NCBI GenBank assembly: GCA_033759635.1
Contig: GCA_033759635.1_4528.1
Reading direction: 5' to 3' (one strand)
DNA from: a phage
DNA: 64,000 nucleotides
Under the pieces are notes generated by a model. The model saw nothing but the letters and a program-made list of their open reading frames with translations, was not told where the DNA came from and made no database searches. Position 1 is the stretch's first letter; each line of letters opens with the position of its first letter. Position numbers and translations under genes: made by a program. Shown one piece after another: positions 55,175-64,000 of this stretch.

Positions 55175-55594
55175 ATGAATATTGTAAATCTCTCTACAGG
55201 TGATTACGTATATGTATCTGTTGCTTCTCGCTCTAAAGTTGCCGGGAAGTTGGTTGAAGTTCTTTCTGTGAGTGATCCGGTTTTTGGTCGTAACCAAGTT
55301 AAAGTTCGTGATGCTAATGGTAATATTGGCTACGTCTCAAGTCAGTTCATTGAACCAGAAGAAAAAGCGTTCAAATGGAAACTGTGCAGGTCTGTTTTAG
55401 TTGTAAAAGACCATGAATTCACTATTGCTGCGGCAACTGATGGAACGCCATGGAAAACTAAGCAAATCGCCGGATTTATTAGCGACCGTTGGGTAGAAGA
55501 TGGTGTTAAGCTTTATAACATCGTTTTCGCTGGTCAGTTCATGGTAGTTCCTGAATTCCAAATTAAAAAATATTGTCCAGCATCTTTTGCATAA
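55175..55594 (+). CDS. hypothetical protein, member 3 of tandem paralogue family (139 aa)
   Basis: VASRSKVAGKLVEV and FISDRWVEDGVKLYNIVFAGQFMVV. Confidence 0.55.
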   Translation: MNIVNLSTGDYVYVSVASRSKVAGKLVEVLSVSDPVFGRNQVKVRDANGNIGYVSSQFIEPEEKAFKWKLCRSVLVVKDHEFTIAAATDGTPWKTKQIAGFISDRWVEDGVKLYNIVFAGQFMVVPEFQIKKYCPASFA

Positions 55595-55598
55595 AGTT

Positions 55599-55655
55599 GT
55601 TTACTTCTCCTCTGGTTTTGATATTATAACCCCATATCAACCAGAGGAGAATAAT
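55599..55655 (+). promoter_or_regulatory. early promoter / stem-loop cassette
   Basis: GTTTAC 55599-55604; perfect 13-bp IR ttctcctctggtt (55605-55617) / aaccagaggagaa (55639-55651) that includes the SD. Confidence 0.6.
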
Positions 55656-56180
55656 ATGTTAGTTTACCGCGTAGAACGTAGTTTTTGCACTCAACGTGAA
55701 TCTTTACCGGGAGTTGCTATCGAAGATGGTAAAGCCGTCAGAATTTGGGAAACCTCCTGGAATAAAGAACCTCGTTCGCCATACGGTTGGTCGGGCACCG
55801 ACAACTCTGAAGAAACATGGGAGTTCCTTGATAAGCATGGAATACTCTCAGGTAACTTCTACCATCACGGCGACAACTATAATGTCCCTAATCGTCCTAC
55901 AGTAAATGAAGACAAACTCCTTGAACAAAATATCTTAAGATACTATAGAATTGAGCACACATTTGAATTGAACGAAGATTGGGCTCAAGGGTTCTATTTT
56001 GGATTTGAAAGTGTTGACGCGGTTTATGCATGGTTTGATGACCAGGTGGATGTTGAACTCTTGAAAGCTAAAGGATACTACATCGCGGTCTATGAAGCAC
56101 CTGATTTCATCCTCGGAAGTTGTCAATTAATGTTTAGACGTTCATTGGCAGAACAAGTTGATTTTATTTTGCTAAAATGA
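55656..56180 (+). CDS. hypothetical protein (174 aa)
   Basis: Start refined to ATG 55656 after SD AGAGGAGAA. Confidence 0.55.
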   Translation: MLVYRVERSFCTQRESLPGVAIEDGKAVRIWETSWNKEPRSPYGWSGTDNSEETWEFLDKHGILSGNFYHHGDNYNVPNRPTVNEDKLLEQNILRYYRIEHTFELNEDWAQGFYFGFESVDAVYAWFDDQVDVELLKAKGYYIAVYEAPDFILGSCQLMFRRSLAEQVDFILLK

Positions 56181-56237
56181 TGTACAACAACTATGGTCTA
56201 TGATACTATAGACCTATCAAAACAAGAGGAGAATATT
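56181..56237 (+). promoter_or_regulatory. early promoter / stem-loop cassette
   Basis: TGTACA 56181-56186; IR ggtcta / tagacc around TGATACTA; SD AGAGGAGAA. Confidence 0.45.
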
Positions 56238-56465
56238 ATGAAACGTCAAATCATTAAAAACGTAACTACTGATTCAAATATCGATGAGTTTGAAGATGTT
56301 CTGTTTAATCCTGATTTAGTTGTTGTACAGAAAAACTGGACCGAATTTTTATGCTACACCGAAGTGGTTTACGTTTACGAAAAACTCGGCGATGAAATGC
56401 CTATCTATGGTATCTTCCGTGAAATCACTGAAAACGGTACAACTTATTGGAAGGAAACTTACTAA
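56238..56465 (+). CDS. hypothetical protein (75 aa)
   Basis: Start refined to ATG 56238 after SD AGAGGAGAA. Confidence 0.45.
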   Translation: MKRQIIKNVTTDSNIDEFEDVLFNPDLVVVQKNWTEFLCYTEVVYVYEKLGDEMPIYGIFREITENGTTYWKETY

Positions 56466-56875
56466 TGGCTAATAAATTCCGCGTTAATTCATGGTACCAA
56501 TTTAAAGATAAACGTATCCAAGAAGAGTTTATTAAAAACCACACTGATAATGGGATTTATGCACGACGTCTTGGCCTGGAACCATTTAAAGTATTAGATG
56601 TTGACCATCTTGGCCGTCCTACTAAAATTGTGACATCTACTGGCATGGTTGGATACGCAACAGGCGGTGATATTCTTGATGAAAACTTTATCTGGCTCTC
56701 TACTAGTGAAGCAGAGTTTTTTGATGAAGTGGGAAATCCGTATCAAGCGTCCGAAGAGCAAGATTCTGGTGAACTTGACGAATTGTCTGAATTTCCGGTG
56801 ATGACAATTACTATCGAAAATAACGACCAGGCATGGTCTTTGTATCAAATGTTGAAAGCACATTTTAAGGAATAA
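56465..56875 (+). CDS. hypothetical acidic protein (136 aa)
   Basis: Start refined to ATG 56465 (TAATG overlap). Confidence 0.5.
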   Translation: MANKFRVNSWYQFKDKRIQEEFIKNHTDNGIYARRLGLEPFKVLDVDHLGRPTKIVTSTGMVGYATGGDILDENFIWLSTSEAEFFDEVGNPYQASEEQDSGELDELSEFPVMTITIENNDQAWSLYQMLKAHFKE

Positions 56876-56877
56876 TA

Positions 56878-57057
56878 ATGCCGTTATACGACTATAAATG
56901 CCAATCTGAAGATTGCGGACATGAATATGAAAAAATTAAAAGAATTTCTGAACGAGAAAACGATGTTTGCCCTGAATGTCATCGTCTGTCTACTCGTCGG
57001 GTTTCTGCTCCTAAACATGTGAACGGTGGTTTTTACGACTTACTTAAGAAGGGTTAA
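56878..57057 (+). CDS. FmdB-like zinc-ribbon protein (59 aa)
   Basis: Not in track; MPLYDYKCQSEDCGHEYE...CPECH pattern typical of FmdB-family Zn ribbons; SD AAGGAATAA. Confidence 0.5.
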   Translation: MPLYDYKCQSEDCGHEYEKIKRISERENDVCPECHRLSTRRVSAPKHVNGGFYDLLKKG

Positions 57058-57059
57058 TT

Positions 57060-57485
57060 ATGGCTTTTAAAGGTTTTGAAGTTGGTAAGAAATATCGTAT
57101 TATCAAAGGTCAAGAAGATAATTTCTTGAGAATTCTTAATACGACTGGTAAACGTCTTAATACTAATCTGCATACTACTTTATTGTCCAAAGATTTTATT
57201 GTGGAAGAGATGATTGGTTACGGTGTTTCAATGATTGCTGTAGAAGCCGTAGGCGATTATGGCCGAACTATTCATAGTATGCAAGGTGATATTCTGCTTT
57301 ATGGTGCAGAATTTAAATTCTTTGAAGAAGTTCAGGAACCAGATACAGCTGTCGATTTCAAAAAAGGCTCTATAGAATTTGTTGATGGTTCGGTGATCGT
57401 ATCAGGCGATGTGGTCATTACAGTTAAAAGTGAACAAGGGCGTTTGGCTGCAATTGATGCACTTCAGAAAATTAAATTTAAATAA
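57060..57485 (+). CDS. hypothetical protein (141 aa)
   Basis: ORF track; followed by intrinsic terminator. Confidence 0.55.
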   Translation: MAFKGFEVGKKYRIIKGQEDNFLRILNTTGKRLNTNLHTTLLSKDFIVEEMIGYGVSMIAVEAVGDYGRTIHSMQGDILLYGAEFKFFEEVQEPDTAVDFKKGSIEFVDGSVIVSGDVVITVKSEQGRLAAIDALQKIKFK

Positions 57486-57502
57486 GGGCTTCGGCCCTTT
57501 TT
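57484..57502 (+). terminator. intrinsic terminator upstream of gene 39
   Basis: AAGGGC-TTCG-GCCCTT followed by TTTTT. Confidence 0.75.
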
Positions 57503-57548
57503 GCTTTAGATTTCGGATGATAGAATACCTTCATAACGAGGAGACAAC

Positions 57549-59369
57549 ATGATTAAAAATGAAATTAAGGTATTGTCAGATGTAGAACATATTAAGAAAC
57601 GTAGTGGTATGTATATTGGTTCTTCTGCTAAAGAAGCCCACGAGCGTTTTTTGTTTGGTAAATATCAACAAGTTGAATATGTTCCAGGTCTGGTTAAATT
57701 AATCGATGAGATTATTGACAACTCGGTTGATGAAGCTATTCGTACATCATTTAAGTTTGCAAATAAAATTGATGTGCAAATTAAAAATAATCAAGTTTCG
57801 GTGGAAGATAATGGACGTGGTATTCCTCAAGGTTTAGTTACCGACCAAACAGGTGAACAAATTCCTGGGCCTGTAGCAGCCTGGACTATTCCAAAGGCCG
57901 GTGGTAACTTTGGCGATGACTCTGAACGCAAGACTGGTGGTATGAACGGCGTCGGGAGTAGTTTAACTAATATCTTCTCTACGTTGTTTACAGGCATTAC
58001 GTCAGATGGCGAAAATGAAATCACTGTTAACTGTTCAAACGGAATGGAAAACAAATCATGGTCTTCTAAGAAATCTAAAGGTAAAGGCACTAAAGTAATC
58101 TTCACTCCTGATTTCACTTCATTTGAAGAGCATAATTTATCTCAAATTTATTTAGATATTACTTTAGACCGACTTCAAACATTGGCGGTCGTTTATCCTG
58201 ATATCAAGTTCACATTTAATGGTAAAAAGGTTGATGGTAATTTTAAACGATTTGCTAAACAATTTGGTGAAGATAACATCATTCAAGAAAATGATAAAGT
58301 CTCTATAGCATTCACAACATCACCAGATGGCTTCCGTCATTTAACTTATGTGAATAACATCCATACTAAAAACGGCGGTCATCATGTTGAATGTGTAATG
58401 GATGATATCTGTGAACATCTTTTGCCTGGTATTAAAAAGAAATATAAGGGTATTGAAGTCACTAAAGCTCGTGTTAAAGAATGTCTCACAATGTTGATGT
58501 TTATTAGAGACATGAGCAACATGCGTTTTGATTCTCAGACTAAAGAACGTTTAACGTCAACGTATGGTGATATTCGTAATCATATCCAATTAGATGCTAA
58601 GAAAATTGCTCAGGCACTTCTTAAAAATGAAGCCTTGATTATGCCTATTGTTGAAGCAGCATTAGCTCGTAAATTGGCGGCAGAAAAGGCTGCAGAAACT
58701 AAAGCGGCTAAAAAGGCAACTAAAGCTAAGGTTCATAAGCATATTAAAGCTAACCAATGTGGTAAAGATGCAGATACGACATTGTTCTTAACAGAAGGTG
58801 ATTCGGCAATTGGTTATCTCATTGATGTTCGTGACCGTGAACTACATGGTGGATTCCCATTACGTGGTAAGGTGATGAATAGCTGGGGTATGTCATATGC
58901 TGATATGATGAAGAACAAAGAGCTCTTTGATATCTGTGCTATCACAGGTCTTATTCTTGGTGAAAAGGCAGAGAATACGAACTATCGTAATATTGCAATT
59001 ATGACTGATGCCGATCATGACGGCCTTGGAAGTATTTATCCGGCTTTGCTTGCTTTCTTTAGTAATTGGCCTGAATTGTTTGAACAAGGACGTATTCGCT
59101 TTGTTAAAACGCCTGTAATTATTGCACAAATTGGCAAAACTCAAAAATGGTTTTATACTGTAGCTGAGTATGAAGAAGTTAAAGATACACTGCCTAAGCA
59201 TAGTATTCGATACATCAAGGGATTGGGCTCACTTCAGCGGGATGAATATAAAGAAATGATTCAAAACCCTGTGTACGACGTAGTTAAACTTCCTGAAAAT
59301 TGGAAAGAACTATTTGAAATGCTCATGGGTAACGACCCTGAACTCCGTAAAGATTGGATGCTTGGTTAA
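57549..59369 (+). CDS. 39: DNA topoisomerase II large subunit (GyrB-like ATPase plus Toprim; gp39 with gp60-equivalent region fused)
   Basis: 606 aa continuous ORF; GHKL ATPase motifs (IDNSVDEA, GGNFGD), Toprim (LFLTEGDSA, IMTDADHDG); T4 splits this into 39 and 60. Confidence 0.9.
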   Translation: MIKNEIKVLSDVEHIKKRSGMYIGSSAKEAHERFLFGKYQQVEYVPGLVKLIDEIIDNSVDEAIRTSFKFANKIDVQIKNNQVSVEDNGRGIPQGLVTDQTGEQIPGPVAAWTIPKAGGNFGDDSERKTGGMNGVGSSLTNIFSTLFTGITSDGENEITVNCSNGMENKSWSSKKSKGKGTKVIFTPDFTSFEEHNLSQIYLDITLDRLQTLAVVYPDIKFTFNGKKVDGNFKRFAKQFGEDNIIQENDKVSIAFTTSPDGFRHLTYVNNIHTKNGGHHVECVMDDICEHLLPGIKKKYKGIEVTKARVKECLTMLMFIRDMSNMRFDSQTKERLTSTYGDIRNHIQLDAKKIAQALLKNEALIMPIVEAALARKLAAEKAAETKAAKKATKAKVHKHIKANQCGKDADTTLFLTEGDSAIGYLIDVRDRELHGGFPLRGKVMNSWGMSYADMMKNKELFDICAITGLILGEKAENTNYRNIAIMTDADHDGLGSIYPALLAFFSNWPELFEQGRIRFVKTPVIIAQIGKTQKWFYTVAEYEEVKDTLPKHSIRYIKGLGSLQRDEYKEMIQNPVYDVVKLPENWKELFEMLMGNDPELRKDWMLG

Positions 59370-59383
59370 TTGATAGATGTCCT

Positions 59384-59412
59384 AAGCTCCTTCGGGAGCT
59401 TCATTTTAATTT
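59384..59412 (+). terminator. intrinsic terminator after gene 39
   Basis: AAGCTCC-TTCG-GGAGCTT followed by a T-rich tract (cattttaatttt). Confidence 0.6.
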
Positions 59413-59427
59413 TAATAAGGCTTAATT

Positions 59428-60528
59428 ATGAAAGTTATGTTTATCCCATCTCGCGCAGTCCCATTTAACCCAGAACGTGTACAAGGTGGTCTTGAAGCAG
59501 TACATTTAAATGTGTTGAAATATCTTGTGTCCATCGGTGCTGATATTGATTATATCGGCTTTGATAATGACACATTTGGTGATTGGAAGGTTAATCATCA
59601 TCCTGTTGGTCATCTGACTAAATTCAGTCTAGGTATGAGTTATACTATGGCTCGTAAGATTGTTGAACTAGCCGGCATCCATGAATACGATTTCGTTGTT
59701 ACTATGGAACCGACTAAACTAACCGTTCAGGCAATTAAAGACGCAGGTCTCTCTAAAGTTCATAAGAATTTTATGGCAACACCATTTGAACCGGTATCTC
59801 GTGGCATTGTTCAAATTTGGGACCAGACTATTCAAATTCATAAGAACGGTGGTAAGAGTTATGCTCCTACTAAAGCCTTCCGTGAATTTGAACGTAAATA
59901 TTGTTATATGACTTCAGGTCTGACTGACAAAATTGATTATGATTATTGGCGAGCAAATCCGTTGTTTGAAGCCGAAGATTATCCGGTTATTTGTTTGAAT
60001 GAGAAACATGAAGTTCTTCCGGCGACTGATCTGATTATTAGTGCACAACGTTATGACACTAAAATGCGTCGTACTGATGTTGCTCTTGAAGCGATTAAAG
60101 CACTAGGCGAAAATGGTATTGGTTATTGTCCTAGTAAATGGGCACCACCGGCTAAGTATCCTGTTATTATTGATGCTCCACACAGTGAAATCATGGAACG
60201 TCTTAAAACAGCTAAAGCACTTATCAATACGTGTCCTGACACGGGTACGGTAGAGAATAGTTCTATTGAAGCCATCTCTAAAGGTGTCCCTGTGATTCAG
60301 TTAGTTTTTAAGGATTATCCGCACGCGACATTCGAATATGACCCAGATACTGTGCGTGTAGAAATTGATTCCTCTACTCCTAAGAAAGAAGTAGTTGCGC
60401 TTTACACAAAAGCTGTATTAGAATTCACTGACACATACGAAGCTCGAGTTAAACGTGCTGAAGCAGTATGGAAGAAGTATAACCGAGATGCGGTTGTTGC
60501 GATGTGGGATAAAATCTTCACAGCGTAA
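59428..60528 (+). CDS. GT-B fold glycosyltransferase (GT4-like), candidate DNA hydroxymethylcytosine glycosyltransferase
   Basis: 366 aa; N-terminal MKVMFIPSRAVPFNPERVQGGLEAV resembles the GT4/GT5 GGL(E/A) motif; lies between gene 39 and rIIA.1/rIIA. Confidence 0.65.
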   Translation: MKVMFIPSRAVPFNPERVQGGLEAVHLNVLKYLVSIGADIDYIGFDNDTFGDWKVNHHPVGHLTKFSLGMSYTMARKIVELAGIHEYDFVVTMEPTKLTVQAIKDAGLSKVHKNFMATPFEPVSRGIVQIWDQTIQIHKNGGKSYAPTKAFREFERKYCYMTSGLTDKIDYDYWRANPLFEAEDYPVICLNEKHEVLPATDLIISAQRYDTKMRRTDVALEAIKALGENGIGYCPSKWAPPAKYPVIIDAPHSEIMERLKTAKALINTCPDTGTVENSSIEAISKGVPVIQLVFKDYPHATFEYDPDTVRVEIDSSTPKKEVVALYTKAVLEFTDTYEARVKRAEAVWKKYNRDAVVAMWDKIFTA

Positions 60529-60544
60529 ATCCTGAATCGCCTGA

Positions 60545-60595
60545 GGCACTATTACACATAAGATGATAGATTATATGGTCTTTAGTAATAGTGCC
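60545..60595 (+). other. 11-bp perfect inverted repeat between the glycosyltransferase gene and the rIIA.1-position ORF
   Basis: GGCACTATTAC (60545-60555) / GTAATAGTGCC (60585-60595) with 29-nt spacer. Confidence 0.5.
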
Positions 60596-60620
60596 CTAGG
60601 AATCTACTGAAGAGAATATT

Positions 60621-60821
60621 ATGAGAACATATAACGTGGACTTGGAACTTTTTGATAAAGCAGTGCTCCGGGAATTCCGGCTTATCCAAAGATTTTTTGA
60701 TATCGAGTCAGCAGAGTCCTTTAAAGAACGCTTTAAAGAAATTCGATATAAAATACAAACCGATACAGCTACTAAAGAAGAACTTCTTGAAGTAGCAGAA
60801 ATTTTTAAACGTAACTTGTGA
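60621..60821 (+). CDS. hypothetical protein (66 aa; rIIA.1 position)
   Basis: ORF track; SD GAAGAGAA. Confidence 0.5.
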   Translation: MRTYNVDLELFDKAVLREFRLIQRFFDIESAESFKERFKEIRYKIQTDTATKEELLEVAEIFKRNL

Positions 60822-60833
60822 TGAGAGAAAAAT

Positions 60834-63047
60834 ATGATTATTGAAACGGCTAAAGAAACGATTATTGGTTCTGGTGGTAAGAGCACAGCATTCACTATTC
60901 AAGGCAATAGCAAAGTTTATAAGATTTTGTCTAATGACCTTTATACAAACAAAGAATTGGCTTGTGTACGTGAATTAATTACAAACTGTATCGATGGGCA
61001 AATTCTTAATGGTTGCACTGATAAGTTTATTGTTCAGGCTCCAGGTCGTTTAGACCCACGTTTTGTAGTTCGAGACTTTGGACCTGGTATGAGTGATTTC
61101 ACCATTCGAGGTAATGACGAAGAGCCAGGAATCTATAACTCATATTTTGCTTCAACTAAAACATCGAGTAACGATTTCATTGGTGGATTCGGACTCGGCT
61201 CTAAAGCTCCACTAGCATATACCGATACGTTTAACCTTACGTCTTATCACAACGGTGAAGTTCGTGGTTACGTAATCTACCAAGATGACACAGGTCCACA
61301 AATTAAGCCAACCTTTGTAGATAAGATGGGCCCTGATGACCGTACGGGTGTAGAAGTAGTTGTACCGGTTAACCCAGAAGATTTTGAAAAGTTCGCATCT
61401 GAAATTGCATATGTTATGCGTCCTCTAGGTGATATTGCAGAAGTTCGTGGTGTTAAAGATATTAAATACTTTCCTGAATTTGACGATGTATATTTGGCCA
61501 AGGAAGCTCCATGGGGTGAACGTGGTAATATCATGGCTGTTTATGGTGGTATTGTATATCCAATCGGAAGTGTTATTAAAGAACAAACATGGATGATGAC
61601 ACGATGCACTACAGCTTATATTAAATTCCCTATGGGTGAACTAGACGTAGCTCCGTCTCGTGAAGCATTGTCATTTGATAAACGTACAGTAGCAAATATC
61701 CATAAACGCGTTGCAGAAATCGATGCTAAATTGTTCGCTGAAGATTCTAAGAAATGGATTGATTGTAAATACCCGCGTCATGTGTTCCGTGAAATTGATT
61801 CTCTTGGCTATACCGCTCGTAAATACATGGAAAAGGCCGGGTCTAATATTGAATCACTGAAATACTCTAAAGAACAACTAACTTATTCTGAGTTGTACAA
61901 ACGTTTTAAAATGGGGCCTGAGTGGTGTAATCTTGGCGTCGTATACGATATCGTTGAATCCCCTCGTCTTCGTCGTATTCGTGAAAGTGGTAGCTCAACG
62001 GCAACCATTTCAATTAACAGTCTGATTGGCATTAACATTAAAAATGTTGAAATTGTTATTGACGACGTTAAGGGACGCGTTCCATTAATGCGAGCTCTTA
62101 ATTCAATTGAAATGTCTAAAGACGAGGTTAAATTAACTGGTAAAGTTCCACGCGGTTTTGGTAAAAGCGTACTATTCGTTGACCCTACAGACGAAGATGC
62201 AATGAAACTTCTGGAACGCCTTAAAGTTATCTTTGATGGCGACAACATTAACATGTACAAGACTTCAGAGCTTTTACAAATCGTTAAGCCATGGATTGAA
62301 GTCAGGAAACGGACTAATGAGCCTCGTCCTAAATCACCAAGTGCTCATCGGTTCTTTAAGAATGAAAACGATGTTTGGGTATCAGAAGACCTCTTTATTC
62401 CGGCAAGTGAAGCAGATGAAATCCAAGGATATGCTATAGTTCGTAATCGTTCTAATGCTGAATGTCTTGACGCAGATAAAGGTTGGTTGAACTATGACTC
62501 CAATTTCTTGACCCGTATTGCTGATTTGTCAGGTATTAAAGAGTTCACTGTAGTTCGTCCACAGATTGCTAAGAAAGTTCGTAAACTTGGTGAAGTAGAA
62601 TGCTTGTTCGAAAAATCAATTAATGACTATATTACGCTAATCGATAAAGTGGATTATGATGAGTATGTATCACCAAGTCGTAGAGCACAGCCTTATTTGA
62701 ATCATATTACTCGTAATGAAGAGCTTAACTTCCTTAGTAAGTATTTTAGCTCTAAGAACAAAGAAATCAGTAAAGACTTTGCAAAACTCTCAACAGTAAA
62801 TAATCGTTGGGGATGGAATCGATTCGCAGGTGCTACTAATACAGACCTGAATAAGAAGTTAGAATTGTGTGCTAAAATTTTCGATAAGCTTAAAGATAAT
62901 GCTTACGATAATGATGATAAAATGGTTATTGAATTCGAAACCAATTATCATATTGTGTCAGACTACATGGGACGACGTGGTACTCTTTCTAAAGAACAAG
63001 TCGCTCAAATCGTTAAATTCATGAAGGCTGTGGAAGCAGCCAAATAA
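60834..63047 (+). CDS. rIIA: rIIA protein (GHKL ATPase-like N-terminus)
   Basis: 737 aa; VRELITNCIDG and GGFGLGSKAP ATPase motifs; matches recalled T4 rIIA blocks (PGRLDPRFV.RDFGPGMSDF). Confidence 0.85.
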   Translation: MIIETAKETIIGSGGKSTAFTIQGNSKVYKILSNDLYTNKELACVRELITNCIDGQILNGCTDKFIVQAPGRLDPRFVVRDFGPGMSDFTIRGNDEEPGIYNSYFASTKTSSNDFIGGFGLGSKAPLAYTDTFNLTSYHNGEVRGYVIYQDDTGPQIKPTFVDKMGPDDRTGVEVVVPVNPEDFEKFASEIAYVMRPLGDIAEVRGVKDIKYFPEFDDVYLAKEAPWGERGNIMAVYGGIVYPIGSVIKEQTWMMTRCTTAYIKFPMGELDVAPSREALSFDKRTVANIHKRVAEIDAKLFAEDSKKWIDCKYPRHVFREIDSLGYTARKYMEKAGSNIESLKYSKEQLTYSELYKRFKMGPEWCNLGVVYDIVESPRLRRIRESGSSTATISINSLIGINIKNVEIVIDDVKGRVPLMRALNSIEMSKDEVKLTGKVPRGFGKSVLFVDPTDEDAMKLLERLKVIFDGDNINMYKTSELLQIVKPWIEVRKRTNEPRPKSPSAHRFFKNENDVWVSEDLFIPASEADEIQGYAIVRNRSNAECLDADKGWLNYDSNFLTRIADLSGIKEFTVVRPQIAKKVRKLGEVECLFEKSINDYITLIDKVDYDEYVSPSRRAQPYLNHITRNEELNFLSKYFSSKNKEISKDFAKLSTVNNRWGWNRFAGATNTDLNKKLELCAKIFDKLKDNAYDNDDKMVIEFETNYHIVSDYMGRRGTLSKEQVAQIVKFMKAVEAAK

Positions 63048-63056
63048 GGAAACATT

Positions 63057-63992
63057 ATGTACAATATTAAATGCTTGTCTCAAGAAGAACAGTTAGAAGC
63101 TTACGGTCTGGTTAAATCAGGCCAATGGACCCGTCGGGAAATTGCTGATTACTTCAATATTTCCACTGACACTCTTCGTAAGATTGTTAAGAACTTTAAA
63201 GCTGAAGAGAAAGCAGCTGAATTTGAAGACGAAGAACAGGTCCAAGAAAATAATGAACCTATTATCGGCGGACATCGTCCTGAAATCGTATGGAACGCGT
63301 CATCTAAATTTATTTCAATTATTGAAGGACGCGTAGCATACAATGCGACTCCATCAAGTCATGCAAATTTTGAAGAAATTAAAGCTAATCTGGTCGCAGG
63401 AAACCTTAGTAAAGCTGTCGAACTTATTAACATCAAGAAAGCTATTACTAAGTTTGTTGACGGTAATGTTACTATTGAAGGTGGTAGTTTATTTTATCAA
63501 GGTATAGAAATTCGTTCAGGACTGGTTAATCGTATTATTGATTCCATGGAAAAAGGCGAAGACTTTAAATTCTATCTGCCGTTCCTTGAAAACCTGTTAG
63601 AAAACCCAAGCGAAAAAGCTGTACAACGTTTATTCGACTTCTTGGTTGCAAACGATATTGAAATCACTGAAGATGGGTATTTCTATGCGTGGAAAGTAGT
63701 TCGTAAGGACTATTTAGACTGCTATAGTGGTACATTTGATAACTCCCCAGGTAAAGTTGTTTCAATGCCTCGTACTCGAGTTAACGACGATGATACTCAA
63801 ACCTGTTCTCGCGGTCTCCACGTTTGTGCTAAATCTTATATTCGCCACTTTGGTTCAAGCTCAGATAAAGTTGTGAAGGTTAAAGTTCATCCACGTGATG
63901 TTGTATCCATCCCAGTTGACTATGGTGATGCTAAGATGCGTACTTGTCGTTATGAAGTAATTTCAGACGTTACTGAATTATTTGCAGAATAA
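63057..63992 (+). CDS. rIIB: rIIB protein
   Basis: 311 aa; MYNIKCL... and C-terminal TRVNDDDTQTCSRGLHVC.KSYIRHFGSS match recalled T4 rIIB. Confidence 0.85.
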   Translation: MYNIKCLSQEEQLEAYGLVKSGQWTRREIADYFNISTDTLRKIVKNFKAEEKAAEFEDEEQVQENNEPIIGGHRPEIVWNASSKFISIIEGRVAYNATPSSHANFEEIKANLVAGNLSKAVELINIKKAITKFVDGNVTIEGGSLFYQGIEIRSGLVNRIIDSMEKGEDFKFYLPFLENLLENPSEKAVQRLFDFLVANDIEITEDGYFYAWKVVRKDYLDCYSGTFDNSPGKVVSMPRTRVNDDDTQTCSRGLHVCAKSYIRHFGSSSDKVVKVKVHPRDVVSIPVDYGDAKMRTCRYEVISDVTELFAE

Positions 63993-64000
63993 TAATTGGG

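Noticed and set aside
57549-60528. Gene 60 with a 50-nt translational bypass downstream of gene 39
   Set aside because: Gene 39 already encodes the Toprim-containing C-terminal part in one frame, and the next ORF is a glycosyltransferase, so there is no separate gene 60.
1-64000. tRNA genes, rRNA genes or CRISPR arrays
   Set aside because: No cloverleaf-like conserved blocks, rRNA-like segments or regularly spaced direct repeats were seen. The window is protein-coding dense; the only repeats are the promoter cassettes and the 18-bp pair near nrdC.

Overview
The window is a contiguous, almost entirely plus-strand early/middle gene region of a T4-like myovirus (Tevenvirinae). The DNA polymerase (gp43, 903 aa) matches the RB69-type enzyme as far as I can recall; no database search was possible, so all identifications rest on motif recognition, recalled T4 homologues and T4 gene order. 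Recognisable backbone, in order: regB, tk, rI, nrdC, 49, nrdD, nrdG, 55, 47, 46, 45, 44, 62, regA, 43, 42, uvsX, 40, 41, sp, 61, 56, soc, two ADP-ribosyltransferases (ModB/ModA-like), dda, dexA, a fused gene 39, rIIA, rIIB. Intergenic regions carry many T4-type early promoters (GTTTAC -35, TATAAT-like -10) built into recurring stem-loop cassettes, plus several intrinsic terminators. The main candidate system: the T4 alpha-gt and beta-gt glucosyltransferase genes are absent from their usual positions. Instead, between genes 43 and 42 sits a sugar-activation cluster (arabinose-5-phosphate isomerase-like SIS protein, fused sugar-1-P nucleotidyltransferase/anomeric kinase, HAD-like phosphatase, U32-family protein), and a GT-B glycosyltransferase sits between gene 39 and rIIA. 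Together these look like a non-glucose hydroxymethylcytosine DNA hypermodification pathway (arabinosyl-hmC-like). Other points of interest: a frame-disrupted GIY-YIG homing endonuclease between 46 and 45, tandem paralogue families, an intron-less nrdD, a macro-domain protein, and an 18-bp direct repeat bracketing one ORF. No tRNA, rRNA or CRISPR array was seen.
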